Positions 1 to 14,297 of a stretch of 64,000 bases of DNA are shown here, piece after piece. Location: assembly GCA_001949185.1 (NCBI GenBank), contig BDGG01000002.1, forward strand, positions 3,469,826 through 3,533,825, read 5' to 3'. The notes beneath the pieces are model-generated. The model was not told where the DNA came from. It made no database searches and was given only the letters and a program-made list of their open reading frames with translations. The stretch is from Ramazzottius varieornatus. Lineage: Eukaryota > Animalia > Tardigrada. The translations under genes were made by a program, and so were the position numbers. Numbering within the stretch: the first letter of the stretch is position 1; each line of letters starts with the position of its first letter.

Positions 1-3000
1 GCCATAACTTCCCGAAGAGGGTAAGGTGAGTAGTTGGAGTACTGGCCCGACCACAGCGCCTTCAGTGTTCCCTGCATCACTCTGGCAAAGTTTCCTTTGG
101 AGCCTAGAGGATTCTGCTTATTGACCTCTTTCACAAATCGCCCCTCTGCAAAGATAAGACATTCGTTCACAACCATACACATAATTCAGCGAACAAAACA
201 ACTCAAAAGAAAATCTTTCAGAATCCAATAACAGTACGAAAGTATTCAAATTCGCAAATGAATTCGGACGTCCGCAAACAATTTCACCAGTTTACTATAT
301 TAAGTGGCGCACCTTTTCCTTGTTACAGGTCGGGAGCGTGCGCCACTTGGCAAAACGACGTTAGCGGAATCTCTTGCTAACGTCCCAGTTTAGAAAGGGA
401 ATGCCACCACACTTTTTGCCAGTTTCAATGTTTAGCCAAAATTTGCACCACATGGTCAGAAAGTTTAAAGTGACTTCGCTGAATTGTGTCCGATGTAATC
501 CGACTGGGTTATTAAGTTCAATCTCACGTACTGATGAAGTAGTCGCGCAATTCTCTAGTGTTCGCCAGACATTGGACAACCGCGTTGAGGTAGCATGAGT
601 TGCCCAAGTTGTTCAAGCCCGTCAAACCGTAATGCTTCTTCACAACCACCTGTGGGCTGTACGGGGTGGTATCACTTAAATCACCAATGGACTCGTAGCG
701 GTACATTCGATTGGAACCACTGTTCCAGCCATTCTGCCTGCCGTACACCGACCGAGACTGCTTCTCATGCCAGCCCTGACTCTCGCCGTTCTGCCTGAAC
801 ATCGTGTTGATGTTCTCACCATCCTCCTCGTCATCACCCGACAGGTAGCCGGAAGTGCTGCTGACGGCGTGATCTTGTGTTCTGTATGTGGCGCGAGGTG
901 GAACACGATACTGAACCGACGACTTTGGCTCCTCCAGGTGGGTGTTTCTTTTGACGGCTGCGGTAAGAATCAAAAATTACACATCAGCCGATGCTCCGGG
1001 AAAGCAACAGGGAACGGGATGTTAAGAAGATGATTTCACCCAGATTTCCATCTCAAGCGGCGCACGTTTTCATTGTTATTAGCTGAAAACGTGCGTCGTT
1101 ATTGAGAAAACGATTCGGCTGATTCGATTTGTCGACATCTCAAAAAATATCGGAATCGTTTCATGAATTAGAATATGCTTTCGTGTGTTGAGTAAGTCTA
1201 GCAATTTACTTTATGCTTCTCTCAGGATAAGAAACAAAAAGTAAAGTCCCTTACGTTCGGTGGGTGATTTGAGGAACAAATCGTGCCAGTAAGCCCGAGT
1301 TTTCTTGACCAATAAAATCTGCAGATATTGGTCGGCCATGCTCTTGCAAGCCTCTTCTCCCTCGCCGTGAGCTATAGACTCGATTGGCGCACTACAAACA
1401 GAACGGTTACTCATCAAAATGTCAAGCCGGCTAACATTCCAGCTACATTTAAAATCCATTGAATAATTGAATCGTTGTGGGCCGAACGAAGCCGGTTGAC
1501 TTACAATAACGGCTCGGACTCGTATCGAAATATGTCTTCCGATGTCCGCTGAACCCAACCACTAGGGCCTATGCTAGCGTTTTGCAGCAAGAACTTGTGA
1601 TCACTGCAAAAACGAGAAGTAAAATCAAAACAATCCAATGAGCTCAGCAGACGATAAAGTATAGCGTACCTTGTCTTGAATCTCAGGAGAAACCTCTGCT
1701 GGGTACACTGTAGATCGACCAAGGTTGCTTCTCGGAAGCGGAAGTTAACGTAGACATTCTGCAGCTTATCCTGAAAGAATGACCACAGTTGGAGGTTCGA
1801 ACGGTTCTTTTACAGCGTACTCTCGAGCTTACCCTCGGATCCTCGTTCCAGTCGTACACGAGGGAGCCGGCTCTCACAGGTATATCACCTGCAGTTTGAG
1901 GGAACACCCCATAGTCTGATACCGCTTCGATAACCGCTCCCAGTCCACCAGAGACGAACAAGTGCGGCCACTGTCCTTGACAGTGAGCAGCTTTGGTCAG
2001 CAAGATCGAGAAGGTCGATTCATCGGTCGACGCAACCGGTGACGGCTCTACTGGCTGAACTTCTCCCCTACGAAAAACTCACATGAAACTTCGAGCCTTG
2101 CTTCTGCACTTCAGGTTCAGTCACTCATACTAAACTCACCAGAGTTCATTTGGCTCAAAACGAAAGACGGTGTTCTCGTCGACTTTGACATTCTTCTCCA
2201 TCGCGAACTGCTCGTAGTATCCGGGAGCTCTACGGAGTACAAACGTCATGATGCGCTCAACATCTAACTTAGGCTTATCCAGCAGTGGGCTTACTTGGAC
2301 TTGAAACGTAGACACGGTATCCGAGAAGTACAAGAAAATTCCATCCACGTCACATTCGGAAGGGTGTAGTTGAGCGCCACTTTCTGTAAAATAGGAACTC
2401 AACGTTAGTTTCTACCGAGTTATCCAACAACGTGGCCAAGGTTTCCGCCTTACCGTTTCATAGTTCGCCGACTTGAGAGTTATTGCTCCCATGTGCAGAA
2501 TGACGTCCTGACTGTCAGCGCCATCGGGCTGCAGGGATTGCTCCTTGGGCAACGGCTCGCTTTCAGCCATGACCAGCGGGACCGGAGAGTTAACCGACAG
2601 GTTGGTCAGGTTGGCTAAGGTATCGTTCGAGACGACAGTCTTTGGTAGTAATGGAGCAGTCTCAGCATCATAGTTTTCAACCATGACGAAGCCATTTTCA
2701 GAGTCGGAGCTCGATGAAGGCTGTCCACGGATTGTCTTCTCAGCATCGCTCGAGCTCCCTGGACTAACGGCCTCGAAGGAAGACTCTCGATCTTCACGGT
2801 TAATCAAACTGGAAGAGAAGAAAGAAGAAACAGGTTGTGGGAAGATGGCGACACTTCATGAAACTCCTGTTCGATAATTCGATCTACTTTCAACAGGCTC
2901 AACCAAAAGAGGAGGAGCATACTACTGAACAGCAGTGTGCATGTCCTCACTGCATGTATGCACGTTGAAACCTGGAGCTTTCGTCGTGTACGTAGGTGCA

Positions 3001-3507
3001 TGAGAAACGCACGTTGACCAATCGAAGACTCTGAGTAAATTCGAGAGTTTGGAAGTAAAGCTTGACAAAGCCACAAAGAACGAAGATTTACCTGAAATCC
3101 GCCTCACATTCAACAGAAGACGAGCGATCGTCCCTATCTTGATCCCGTACAGGAGACAGTTCATCGAAGAGGCCTTCTGAGGAAGTTTCATGGGGAGTAC
3201 GATGTGGAGAAGACGGTGGAGTATGGAAAGGACTTTGGTCGAACGGCTCCAACTTGGTTGCCTCGGAAAATGCGAGCATCGTTTGTGCGTCGTCCTCGAT
3301 GTCCATATCCTCCACGAAACCACCATCTCCTTTCCCACCATTCTCCAGGAGTAAAGGCATCGGTAGCTTGGTGGTGTTTTCTTGGTCCATCGGAAGAGGT
3401 GACGTCGTGCGCGACTTCTTGCCTGCCGGGACACCGTCAGAGGTGGTCGGAGGTGAATGTTGTGGTGGCTGACCTACTGTCAGTCTTCTATTCACTGTAT
3501 CGGGCAT
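1..3507 (-). CDS. USP19: Ubiquitin-specific protease, USP19-like; multi-exon, 3' part lies beyond the left edge of the window
   Basis: Cys-box GLTGLNNLGNSCYLNAVVQCLANTRELRDYF (exon ending at 532) splices in phase over intron 146-531 to K-GRFVKEVNKQNPLGSKGNFARVMQGTLKALWSG. This matches the USP19 pattern NTRELRDFF...NNPLG.GG.LA..F..LL.ALW.G. Upstream exons carry CS-domain-like pieces (VYDWNED..., LQILLVKKTRAYWHDL). Start taken as ATG 3507 (MPDTVNRR); not every internal exon boundary was resolved. Confidence 0.8.
302..358. repeat. Palindromic repeat family copy (core only), in USP19 intron
   Basis: AAGTGGCGCAC (302-312) ... GTGCGCCACTT (338-348) followed by GGCAAAACGA. Confidence 0.75.
1016..1141. 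repeat. Palindromic repeat family copy (degenerate, near full length), in USP19 intron
   Basis: GGGATGT...ATGATTTCACCCAGATT..TCTCAAGCGGCGCACG - loop - CGTGCGTCG..TTGAGAAAACGATTCGG...TTTGTCGACATCTC. Confidence 0.65.
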
Positions 3508-3952
3508 TGCAGAGTATGGAAAAACTGGAAATACAAAGACGCTGATCGAAGACTCATTTTTAAAGGCACACAGATCGATATAGTACCAACTACACTGGAT
3601 CTCTACTTACGTCTCCATCAGCTGGTACAACAGCTGAGGCGAATCTAACCAGGCCAACTACTTGTCATACAAAGGAACACTCGAAAACTGTATCAGACAC
3701 ACCGTACTGCCCCCTAACGCTTCTGACAGGACCTGAGGTATGAGGAAAAATCAGAAATTCTGCAGGATCTTCCTGGCAAAACCAGAGAGTAAAAAAAGAA
3801 AATTAATCGGGAGTTTTCTGGCATGCTGAATCATCAATAACCTTATCTCGATTTCATGACGTCATGCGCCTTTCGCTGGGTCAGCGACTCAGATGCCCGG
3901 CACTGGCATCTGGGTTGATTTGGTTCAGCCGCTTTCCTTGATTTAGTCAGTA

Positions 3953-5285
3953 CGACGTGCTGGACCTAACTTTGTCAACTGGCTGAAACCTTGTATACTA
4001 CGTCCTGTATACGTATAGTCACTTTTAATAATTCAAAACGCCGCCGTGCCCGCCGCGAGTGCATGTATATGGTCCGTATCAAACGAGTGTTGTACGACGG
4101 CGTATGTTTCTGTGCCAGCCGGTGTTGTTCCGATAAGACTTTTTCGAATTCTTTTGCAATTACGATTAATTGAAATTCCTCGCGCAGCAGCAATTTGAAT
4201 TGCGGCTGCCTCATCCTGGCTGGATTATCAATTACGACTAATTCAAATATGACTTTCGACTACAATTGAAATTATTTGAATTATTGCGATAGTGTTTTCT
4301 AATTTCAGTTTCCATAAAACTTCCATATAATTTCTGTTCAGTACCCCGCGCGGGATGGGTTATCGTCTAGAAAGACTCTGGTCTTTCGTGTAGACTACTT
4401 CGTTCCCGGTATCCAGTACGGATGGCTGCCGTCAGAACGGACTGTTATGTACTACGAAGGAGCCGCGGTACATCGCGTAAGCGTACACTTGATCCCCAGT
4501 TCAGAGACAGAACCCTAGACAGGCCCACCGGGTGTTGGTTGCGCGTGAGAGGACGCACTGCACCTCCTTTAGGATGCACTACGTACGCATTGTAATCCTT
4601 AGCGGCGGTGTAACACGCACCAGCGCACCGCTGCTCAGTCAATCAAGCACTTGCGCTGCTTTATTAAGTGAGAAAATGATATACCTACGTGCATATCGCG
4701 TGCCTCTCATCGACGGTCACTATTTTGAATCACCAACATGGATTTCAATTGTACATCAAAACATCGTCGCGTCTTTGGGATTCAAATTCAATTCCGATTA
4801 ATATCGAGATGCACAATATAAAATTTTTAGTTTGAATTGTATCCGAATCTGAAAACCGTCCAATTTGGCCATTTTCAATTACCTATTACAATAATCGGAA
4901 CAACACTGGTGCCAGCAAGTACGGCGCACAGACAACGTTGCCTAAAATTTAGGCAAATTGCACTGAGGGAAAATCCCGGGAGAGTTCGCCAGAGTGCTGT
5001 ATGAGTCAGCAGTTTGCGGCAGTATGGGAAGCTCTTTCGGGCACCAGTCCAAAGACTGCGAGCATGTGTCAGTCAGAGCGATCAAACGATCGCATACGAG
5101 CCTTGCCCGTCACCCAACACAGGCGTCAGGCGTACTGATACGTCAGCGTTCTGAACAGCCAGTCAAAAAGTTAGCCTAATAAAACCTGCTATACATATAC
5201 GTTATAAGTATAAAGTGCCTACGACTAGCCCGCGACGTAGTGTACAAAGTTTTAGACAGTGGACAAAGTTAGGTCCAGCTCCTCG
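3953..5285. mobile_element. Non-autonomous Tc1/mariner-type element (MITE) with TA target duplication; contains a nested hAT element
   Basis: Left end TA-CGACGTGCTGGACCTAACTTTGTCAACTGGCTGAAACCTTGTATACTACGTC matches the reverse complement of the right end GACGTAGTGTACAAAGTTTTAGACAGTGGACAAAGTTAGGTCCAGCTCCTCG-TA. This is ~55 bp with few mismatches, and weaker similarity continues inward. TA at 3951-3952 and 5286-5287. Confidence 0.7.
4120..4908. mobile_element. Non-autonomous hAT-type element with 8-bp TSD
   Basis: TIRs CGGTGTTGTTCCGAT (4120-4134) and ATCGGAACAACACTG (4894-4908). Perfect 8-bp flanking duplication GTGCCAGC at 4112-4119 and 4909-4916. AT-rich subterminal CAATT/AATTG repeats. Confidence 0.85.
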
Positions 5286-5561
5286 TACTCGGTAGAGTAC
5301 ATTGATGAATGATGAGCTGCTAAACCGAGCACTACTGAGCTGATTGACAATCAATACTGGGCCGCTCGGTTTAGCAACTAGCAGCTCGACAGCGGTAGAG
5401 TACCGTACGATGCAGCACTATCGCCACTATGTCTTTGAATAAAAATAATTATTGTGAATTTGTGGCTTCGAGTCCTCGACTCTCCCAGCCTCCCTCGATC
5501 GTTTTACACAGTTTACTTGGAAGAGTCCTTGTGCCTGCACCGAGGGAAGTTTAGACAAAGG

Positions 5562-7075
<1,514 letters not shown>

Positions 7076-7111
7076 TTACTGTACATCAATCTCTTCAGCC
7101 TGCTGTGGAAA

Positions 7112-7232
7112 GGGACGTCGGCTACGATTTCACCCCGATTGCCATCTCGATCGGCGCACGTTTCCATTATGTCAGTCGAGAACGTACACCACTTGGGAAA
7201 CCGATTCGGGTGGTGTCATTTACCGACATCTC
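7112..7232. repeat. Palindromic repeat family copy (full length, degenerate), just downstream of the SLC25A35 stop
   Basis: GGGACGTCGG..ACGATTTCACCCCGATT...GGCGCACG - loop - CGTACACCACTTGGGAAACCGATTCGGGTG..TCATTTACCGACATCTC. Confidence 0.65.
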
Positions 7233-7702
7233 AAATATTCCCGATATTTTTACTGTCCTTATAGTCATTTATTTCCAAATTCCCATAAAGACATCTTGAG
7301 GCGGTTTCATACAAGCTGATATTTTCGGATTTCTAAAAGTCGACCAAGAGGGTATCTTGAGGATTTACAGTGACATTGCTCGGAGCTTCAGGTGGTTCCG
7401 GAGGATCAGCGGAAATGAATTCACCCCACATAAGATCCAACCGACCACAGAGCCATCATGTGAGACATACGTCATTGCATTGCCTTCAAAATTTTGGCTG
7501 GCGTGTGTCGCTTATGTGGGGTGAGTATGCGGAATTAACGCGAACGTCGCGCGGTACTGTCATCAACGATCAGCGGAGAGAAAGATCGACCGACACGAAA
7601 ATTGCCGTAAGGTTTCGCGAAGCAGAAGTAGTGCAGTACGTTTCGATCGCTGAACACTGAAACAGAGAACACCTCCATTCACTGTGTATACGCCTGATCG
7701 AT

Positions 7703-8041
7703 ATGGAAAATTGATCGACCATCGACGTCTATCGAATTCAGTTACGGCTACAGGTATGGCTACATACAAGGTGGTCCTGTCGGATTATTTCCACCCGGAG
7801 GAGGATGTACTGCACGAAACCAGCTCGTCTCGTTTCCATGCTGTCCTTCCATGCATTTCTTTCTTTTTACGTAGCTATGTTCTTCACTTTTTCGTATAGA
7901 ATGTGATTCGAAACTACTTGTGTTGCTGAAATTTAATCGACTTCGCTCCAGATGAATTTCGATGAATGGCTAGTGCTGAAGCGCATCATGAGAATCATCA
8001 GTCCACGGCATCTTGGTCGATGTCCTCTTTGCCCGCAGTGA
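7703..8041 (+). promoter_or_regulatory. Candidate upstream ORFs of the bZIP mRNA
   Basis: ATG GAA AAT TGA at 7703-7714. ATG 7952 opens an out-of-frame 29-aa ORF ending TGA 8039-8041 that overlaps the main ATG 7966. ATG 7962 gives M-N-G-stop. Putative 5'UTR intron 7754-7951 (CAG|GTATGG ... CCAG|). Confidence 0.4.
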
Positions 8042-9668
8042 ATACGCCAAGAGATTCGGTAAACCCGTACTTTCGAGTTCCGTATCCGCCACTAGGCCCA
8101 GCACCAGCGTTTCGAACCAGGTTGGACCGTAGTATTAGCAGTTCATCACGAAGTATCTCCCCAAAGGAGGAAGATGGGACGTCCAACGGGATGATGCAAG
8201 CTCCGGGGTTGGGTAATATGAGAGACCATCCTTTTCCTCCGCGGTTACCTTCGCTGTTCACTCCCTGCTTCCTGCCCGGCTTCTTCTCCTTGGACATGTA
8301 AGTTTCACCCTTTTTCCCCGAGTATCTCGAAATAGTTATATTGCAAGCTTGACTGGTTGTCGGTACTACTAGTAATTTTTTTGGACGGTTCGAGTTGTGT
8401 TTACCAATGCTGGCGGCAGTTCAGGGAGGACAAATATGAAATATTAAATGAGTGCTGTAAAATGGCGAAAGTTTCGATTGAAGCATCGTACAGCATAGCC
8501 ATGTGACGGTGTAGCCGGAAGCAGAATACAGTGTTCGTGGTCCTGAAACTGTGAGCTCTTCCGTCTTTTCACGTCAACAGTTGATGACCACAGCACATAA
8601 AGCACCGCATGTGTCGACCATCCCTTCTATTCAACTTACAGTAGCTTTCACGAAGGTGTTCGAGCAAACTTTAGGCTGAAGTTGGTGGCATAGCCGAAGA
8701 ACCGCTGGTTACTCTGAATTTGACAGAGTCTTTTCACCCCCATGTTCGAGTAAGCGCATAGGCCGCTTGAGGGAATTATTCGAAAATAATCTGTGATTAG
8801 AAGTCTTAGTACTGTGGTTTCATTTGGGATGGCTTACTGTATCACGGGACTCATCCCAGATCCCTGACATTGCCAGGCCGCGGTCCCAGCTGATTACACT
8901 GTCAGAAATTTTCATTGCAGGGCTGGTGGTTATTCAGTGGCTTATCCCCACATGTTTACACCTCCTGTCCTCGACCTCGTTCCTCCTCCTCCACGGATGC
9001 CCCACGTAACAACGATATCAGACAACACCAATATCTGCGACGGCCCCAGTACCTCTCGGCTGCCGCATCCGTTTCCGCAAATTAGGGTGCGTTAGTTTTT
9101 CTAGAGCTCAAAATAAGTATGCTGAAATCCGTAACTTCTGCAGGGTCCACCTCGGAACTTTCCACCTCGAGGTTCCCGCACGGACGAGTACGAGCGTTCG
9201 AGGTCTGATCCAGGCGGTAAATCTGACCTAAGCCGGACAACCTTTCCGGCGGTCTCGGTGATCAAACGAGCTCCTCCATTAGAACCTGTACCGGAACAGG
9301 TACCCCGTCCGAAGAGCGCACTTCCGCGATCTTCGCCGGGACCTTTAAGACATGTGAGAGCCAGGTCGCACCGTACTCCCGCCCCAGACTCCGAGATGGC
9401 GTCCAAGTCGTCCCATGCCGTCTATGCTAAACTCAACCGTGAACGCCGAAAGAAGTACATTGCGGAGCTGGAGCAGTATCGTGCTGTGCACAAGCAGGTA
9501 CAAATGGAGAAACGGAAGGTACTGAAAAACCTGCGTGAAGAAGCGGCTGCCCTGCAGAAAGAGATTACCGGCTACAGAAACGAGCTGCTGCACAACAAGG
9601 AACTCATGGCCTTACTACGGTCCGCATCAGCTTCAACCCCGGCTTCGACGTCAACAGAGATACTCTAA
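7966..9668 (+). CDS. bZIP transcription factor, CREBZF/Zhangfei-like; exons 7966-8297, 8921-9086, 9144-9668
   Basis: Three exons join in frame via GT-AG introns. Pro-rich N-terminus. The basic region/zipper SHAVYAKLNRERRKKYIAELEQ...LQKEITGYRNELLHNKELMALL resembles CREBZF (ARLNRLKKKEYV.GLE...LQEE..YL..VL.N...LA.LL). Confidence 0.7.
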
Positions 9669-10869
9669 CAAGAAGGCTGCAATCGATCTTAAATTATATT
9701 GTTCGGTGTACTGCCTATAAACGGTCGCAATATTTTTACTGTATTCATAAGCAAAGAAAACGACCCGTTTTTCGACTTCGCACCCCATAAACCAATCACG
9801 CACACCTGAAGAACGCTCAAAGAAAATTGGTATTTGCAATCTATTTTGCTTGTTACTTGTTTGCCAACTTTGTACAGAGCTCTGCTGAAGCGCGCACGAA
9901 CTTGAATAAGATTGCACTGTAGAATTTCGTACAGTACCTGCTGAAGTATACGGAAAATATCCCTACGAGGTGTAGGACATAGTTCGGGCATAGCGATTTA
10001 AGCACCATAATTCTGGCAATGCAAACATTTTAAGTATTATTATCAACGCTTGATTGATCCCTCTTCGTACACATGTTTCACCATTCGACAGACCCATCTC
10101 TCCTCGACGGCAGAGTTTTCTGACCTACAACATTTCGTCGTTCCCAAACTTATTCGGACCTTGAGAAGGGAGACTGATCTACCTCAGGAAATAAGAAACA
10201 CCTGATTACGTGCAGCAGGAGCTCCGAAAAAATATGACCGAATTTTGTTCTCTATCTCGTACGGTCGTTTGTGAATAGGTACAAAGGTTTGTTTGAGATA
10301 TGCATAACCGCGGAAGGTCTTGCGAGTGTCCGTAATGGTTTCTGTGTGCTCGGACATCAGAAAACGTGATTTTGGAGGTTCGCCAGGTACTCCATCACGA
10401 GTAATGTTACAAGTGGTTGATGTCTCCATTGTTTGCCCGCTTGTTTCGCGCGCTATCTCCGGCGACCTTGCTCTATGGCACTCGCACAAAAATCGTCCAG
10501 ATAAGGGTTTTATTACACGACGTCGACCGGGGTACGCTTCTAGGTAAACCAGAAACAGCAGAGTACTTTTCGTACACAGTAAACAGTATCATGTCTTGGG
10601 TTCAAGTTATGACACGATAAGTATGTTAGAAACGTTGGAGCATCACGTTATCTGAAAGGTACGCGAACACTCCTCCCAGGCCTCCAAATCTGTCTGGCCT
10701 GCGTGTGGAAAGGCAACACTGCCAATCCATTGTCAGAAGCCTCGTCGAAAAATGCTGCTGTAATGCAGCTGGTCCAAGTGTACTGCACGAGAAAATAGTG
10801 GGCTCGGGATTATTCCGTTACGCGAGTCAAGGACGGAATAAGCTGGATTATTTGACCGGAATTCACTGA

Positions 10870-13683
10870 ATGCACTTCGCCGGAATGACGGCTGCAACGA
10901 GAATCGTCCACTGTCTAAAGGCAGAATGGAGGATGATCGCGCTTATTTTCGCCATTGCCCTCGGTGCAGGTACTATCGAAGTTGATCTTGTCCGTCAATT
11001 ATTAGTCACGGTTTCCTTTCAAAATTTCGAGTTGAGAATGTAAATGATGCTGTCCTTGTTTGATATCCGAATATTAGGCTGGGTGATAGAATCCGAATAT
11101 TAGGCTGGGTGCACTGAAAATTCCAAATTAATTTGAGACGTCGCTAAATATATATCTCACGATCAGATCGTTTTCCCAAGTGGCTCGCGGTTTTTAATAT
11201 TGCTGCTGGCTGAAGGTGTGCGCCACTTGGGAAGACGATCTGATTGAATTCGTGTGCCGACAATCCATTCTCAGTTAAACACATGTACGTCCTTGTAATT
11301 GTTACATCCGGGTTTTCGTTTTTAGCCTTGGGCTTCACTTTGCGAGCCTTCGACATCCACGAGAATCCCCGCAATGTTATGTACGTCGGATTCATCGGAG
11401 AAGTCTTCCTCAATATGCTAAAAGTCGTCATCCTACCTCTCATCGTTTCATCCTTAATCACCGGTTTGGCCCAGATGGAGTCCCAGACCAGTGGAAAGAT
11501 CGGCCTTCGCGCCGTCGCTTACTACATGTCTACCACTATTCTAGCAGTCATTCTCGGTATCGCACTGGTCTCCGCTATCCAGCCAGGAAAGATCGGTAAG
11601 GGCGGCAAGCCCCTAACCGAGGACCTGGAAGTGCCTGACGCTGTGGAACCAGCCACTACGGCGGACACCTTCCTCGATCTGATCCGCAACATGTTCCCAC
11701 CGAACATCGTCCAAGCGTGTACCGCGCAGTACAGGACCGTCCTGAAACCGCCCAAGGAGAATGTAACGGAGACGTTTGATTTGATTGCCGTAATGAACAG
11801 TAGCACGATGCCCAACGGTATTCTCAATACGACATTATTCGTGGAACAGCTGCAGCTCAGTGGGGCCTTCCCGATGAACGCCACTGTACCACCGGAAAAG
11901 ACGGTGCCCACGAACGAAGGTGTGTTGCAGTTCCGTACTATCTGAATCTCGTCGAGGGTACGAGCAGATTTTACACATCGTCATTTTAGAATTGTCGTCG
12001 TGGATCATTGGTGGGAAATTCGTCGAAGGAATGAATATTTTGGGCATCGTTATTTTCGCCATTGTGTTCGGTGAGTGATACTCCGAGATTATCTTCCCGA
12101 CCTTCGTACTGTTTCTTCTGATAACAGCGAAGTGACAGAATTCAGTTGTTTTAGGTATCGTCATCAGCAAGTCTGGAGAAGAGGCGAAACCGCTGGCAAA
12201 CTTTTTCCTGGCGCTCAATGTTGTCATGATGAAAGTCGTCGGGCTGATTATGTGGTGAGAGAAGTACTTCCACCTTCTCAACGTCATCATGTTCCGTCAC
12301 AGGGAGCACCAATAAACTTATCGTCGCTCATTTCCAGGTTCGCACCCGTCGGTATATGCTTTGTTATCGCCGGTCAAATTATGAAAGTGGATGACTTCGG
12401 AGAGATGATCTCACAGGTATGAGAGCCGGACTCAAACGGGGAAAAATAATTATTTGTCGTACAAAGTGTCGCTTTCGTTTCAGCTGGGGATGTATTTCTT
12501 GACCGTTTGCGTAAGCTGATACTCTTCCGATCATCCTAAACAAAATTACTTTGTTCTGAAAATCAAATGGAACGCGACTTCCCATAGGCTGGTTTATTCA
12601 TCCACGGACTGATAGTGCTTCCTCTGATTTTCTTCATCTTCACCCGGAGAAATCCCTTCACCTACCTGAGCGGCGCCGGTCGTGCCATCGCAACCGCTTT
12701 CGCTACCAGCTCCAGTACTGCCACCCTACCCATCACGATGGAATGCTTGGAGAAAAATAACGGCGTAGACCCGAGGTAAGCTGGTCTGGGGTACTCGAGT
12801 TTTCCGTAGGTGGGGCCACATCATTATACCTGTAAGTTTGGCTTGTTTTCAGGATTTCGCGCTTCGTGCTTCCTATAGGCAGGTTCACGTTTTATGCCAA
12901 GCTAATTTTTCATGCTTTTCCAATAATGCGAGCTTGTTGATTCGTACAGGAGCTACGATCAACATGGATGGAACGGCTTTATACGAAGCCGTCGCCGCTA
13001 TCTTCGTCGCGCAAATAATGGACATACCACTGGGCTTTGGAAAAATCTTGGCAGTTAGGTAGGGTCGAACTTTAGCATATTCTGAAGGGTTTTCGGCGTC
13101 GATATGATCGCTCGATTTTCTCAGTATCACCGCAACTGCTGCCGCCATTGGAGCAGCTGGAGTTCCTCAAGCCGGACTTGTAACCCTGGTAAGATTTTGG
13201 TGGAAAGTGTTGCCCCATGCAACAACCCCCAGCTAACACCAACTTTCAACCAAATAATCAACGATTGTCACACTCGTAGGTGATGGTGTTAGACGCCGTC
13301 GGTCTGTCAGCGGAGTACGTCGGCACCATCCTTGCCGTAGACTGGCTTCTGTAGGTGGCGCTTCGAACAGCTACAATGCATATGATTGTTCGCACTACTC
13401 TCTGCAAAGGTTTCTGAATTCTATACACAGGGACCGGATAAGAACTGCTGTGAACGTGTTGGGTGACGTCATCGGAACCGGCATTGTCGATATTTCCTGT
13501 CGATCCTACCTGGCGGACCTGGACGCATGCGCAGCCGAGGCGGCCGGAGGAGCTGTTCTGCCGGCTGAAGATGTTTATTACCAGCACGTAGAAGTTATCC
13601 AGACATATCCTCCGAACCATGTTACAATCAACAACCCTAATGGCAAAGTGAGCTATTCGACTATCGAAACCCAAAAACTTTAA
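10870..13683 (+). CDS. SLC1/EAAT Na+-coupled glutamate/aspartate transporter, multi-exon
   Basis: [109 protein letters not shown]. The TM8 Arg indicates acidic substrates rather than ASCT type. Confidence 0.93.
11162..11244. repeat. Palindromic repeat family copy, EAAT intron 1
   Basis: ATCAGATCGTTTTCCCAAGTGGC ... GCCACTTGGGAAGACGATCTGAT, near-perfect inverted repeat. Confidence 0.8.
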
Positions 13684-14297
13684 AAACTTCCTTTTTTCTG
13701 TATCTTCGTTCTTTCCTAGCATCGACCAAGTTTCCTAAAAATATGTTAATTTTAGCCTAGGGCTATACTTTATAGCGATTTGAAATTTTCCTTTTGTGGT
13801 GACGATGGGGTGAATTGAAGCTTCTGTTCGTGGTAAAGACGATTGACGTGTCGAGTGATGCGGAACTGTTCACCGAAAACAATGGAAACGCTACGTCCAA
13901 AGCACAGACTTGTTGCGTAACAGCGGAAAGTTTTTCTGTTTCACTAATTTGCTGGAAACTTTTCAAATCATCCCCAAATTGCTAAACAAGTCTTGACACC
14001 GGGTACTACGAGACCTGTCACGTTTCGTTCGGAGATAAATTCTCGATGAAGACAAAGCTGCAAGCAATTAGGGAGCAAAGTGCCTGGACAAAAGACTGAC
14101 AAAAATTCTCACACGAAAAGTTTCAGTAATCCAGAAATAATTTATTCTTTTTCATGACGGCTAATCACGTACTGTTCTCATGTTGCTCGGACTTGACGCC
14201 AAACGTTTTCAGTACAAAAAGGCATGTGTCGGCACAAAAGTTTCCATTCTTTTTTCCGTCGCTTTTTAAATCTTTGTCGCCCGGCCCTCTCTTCGAC

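Noticed and set aside
11065-11111. 21-bp direct repeat ATCCGAATATTAGGCTGGGTG x2 in EAAT intron 1 (a similar 20-bp duplication lies at 56740-56796)
   Set aside because: Simple local duplications in introns with no further structure.
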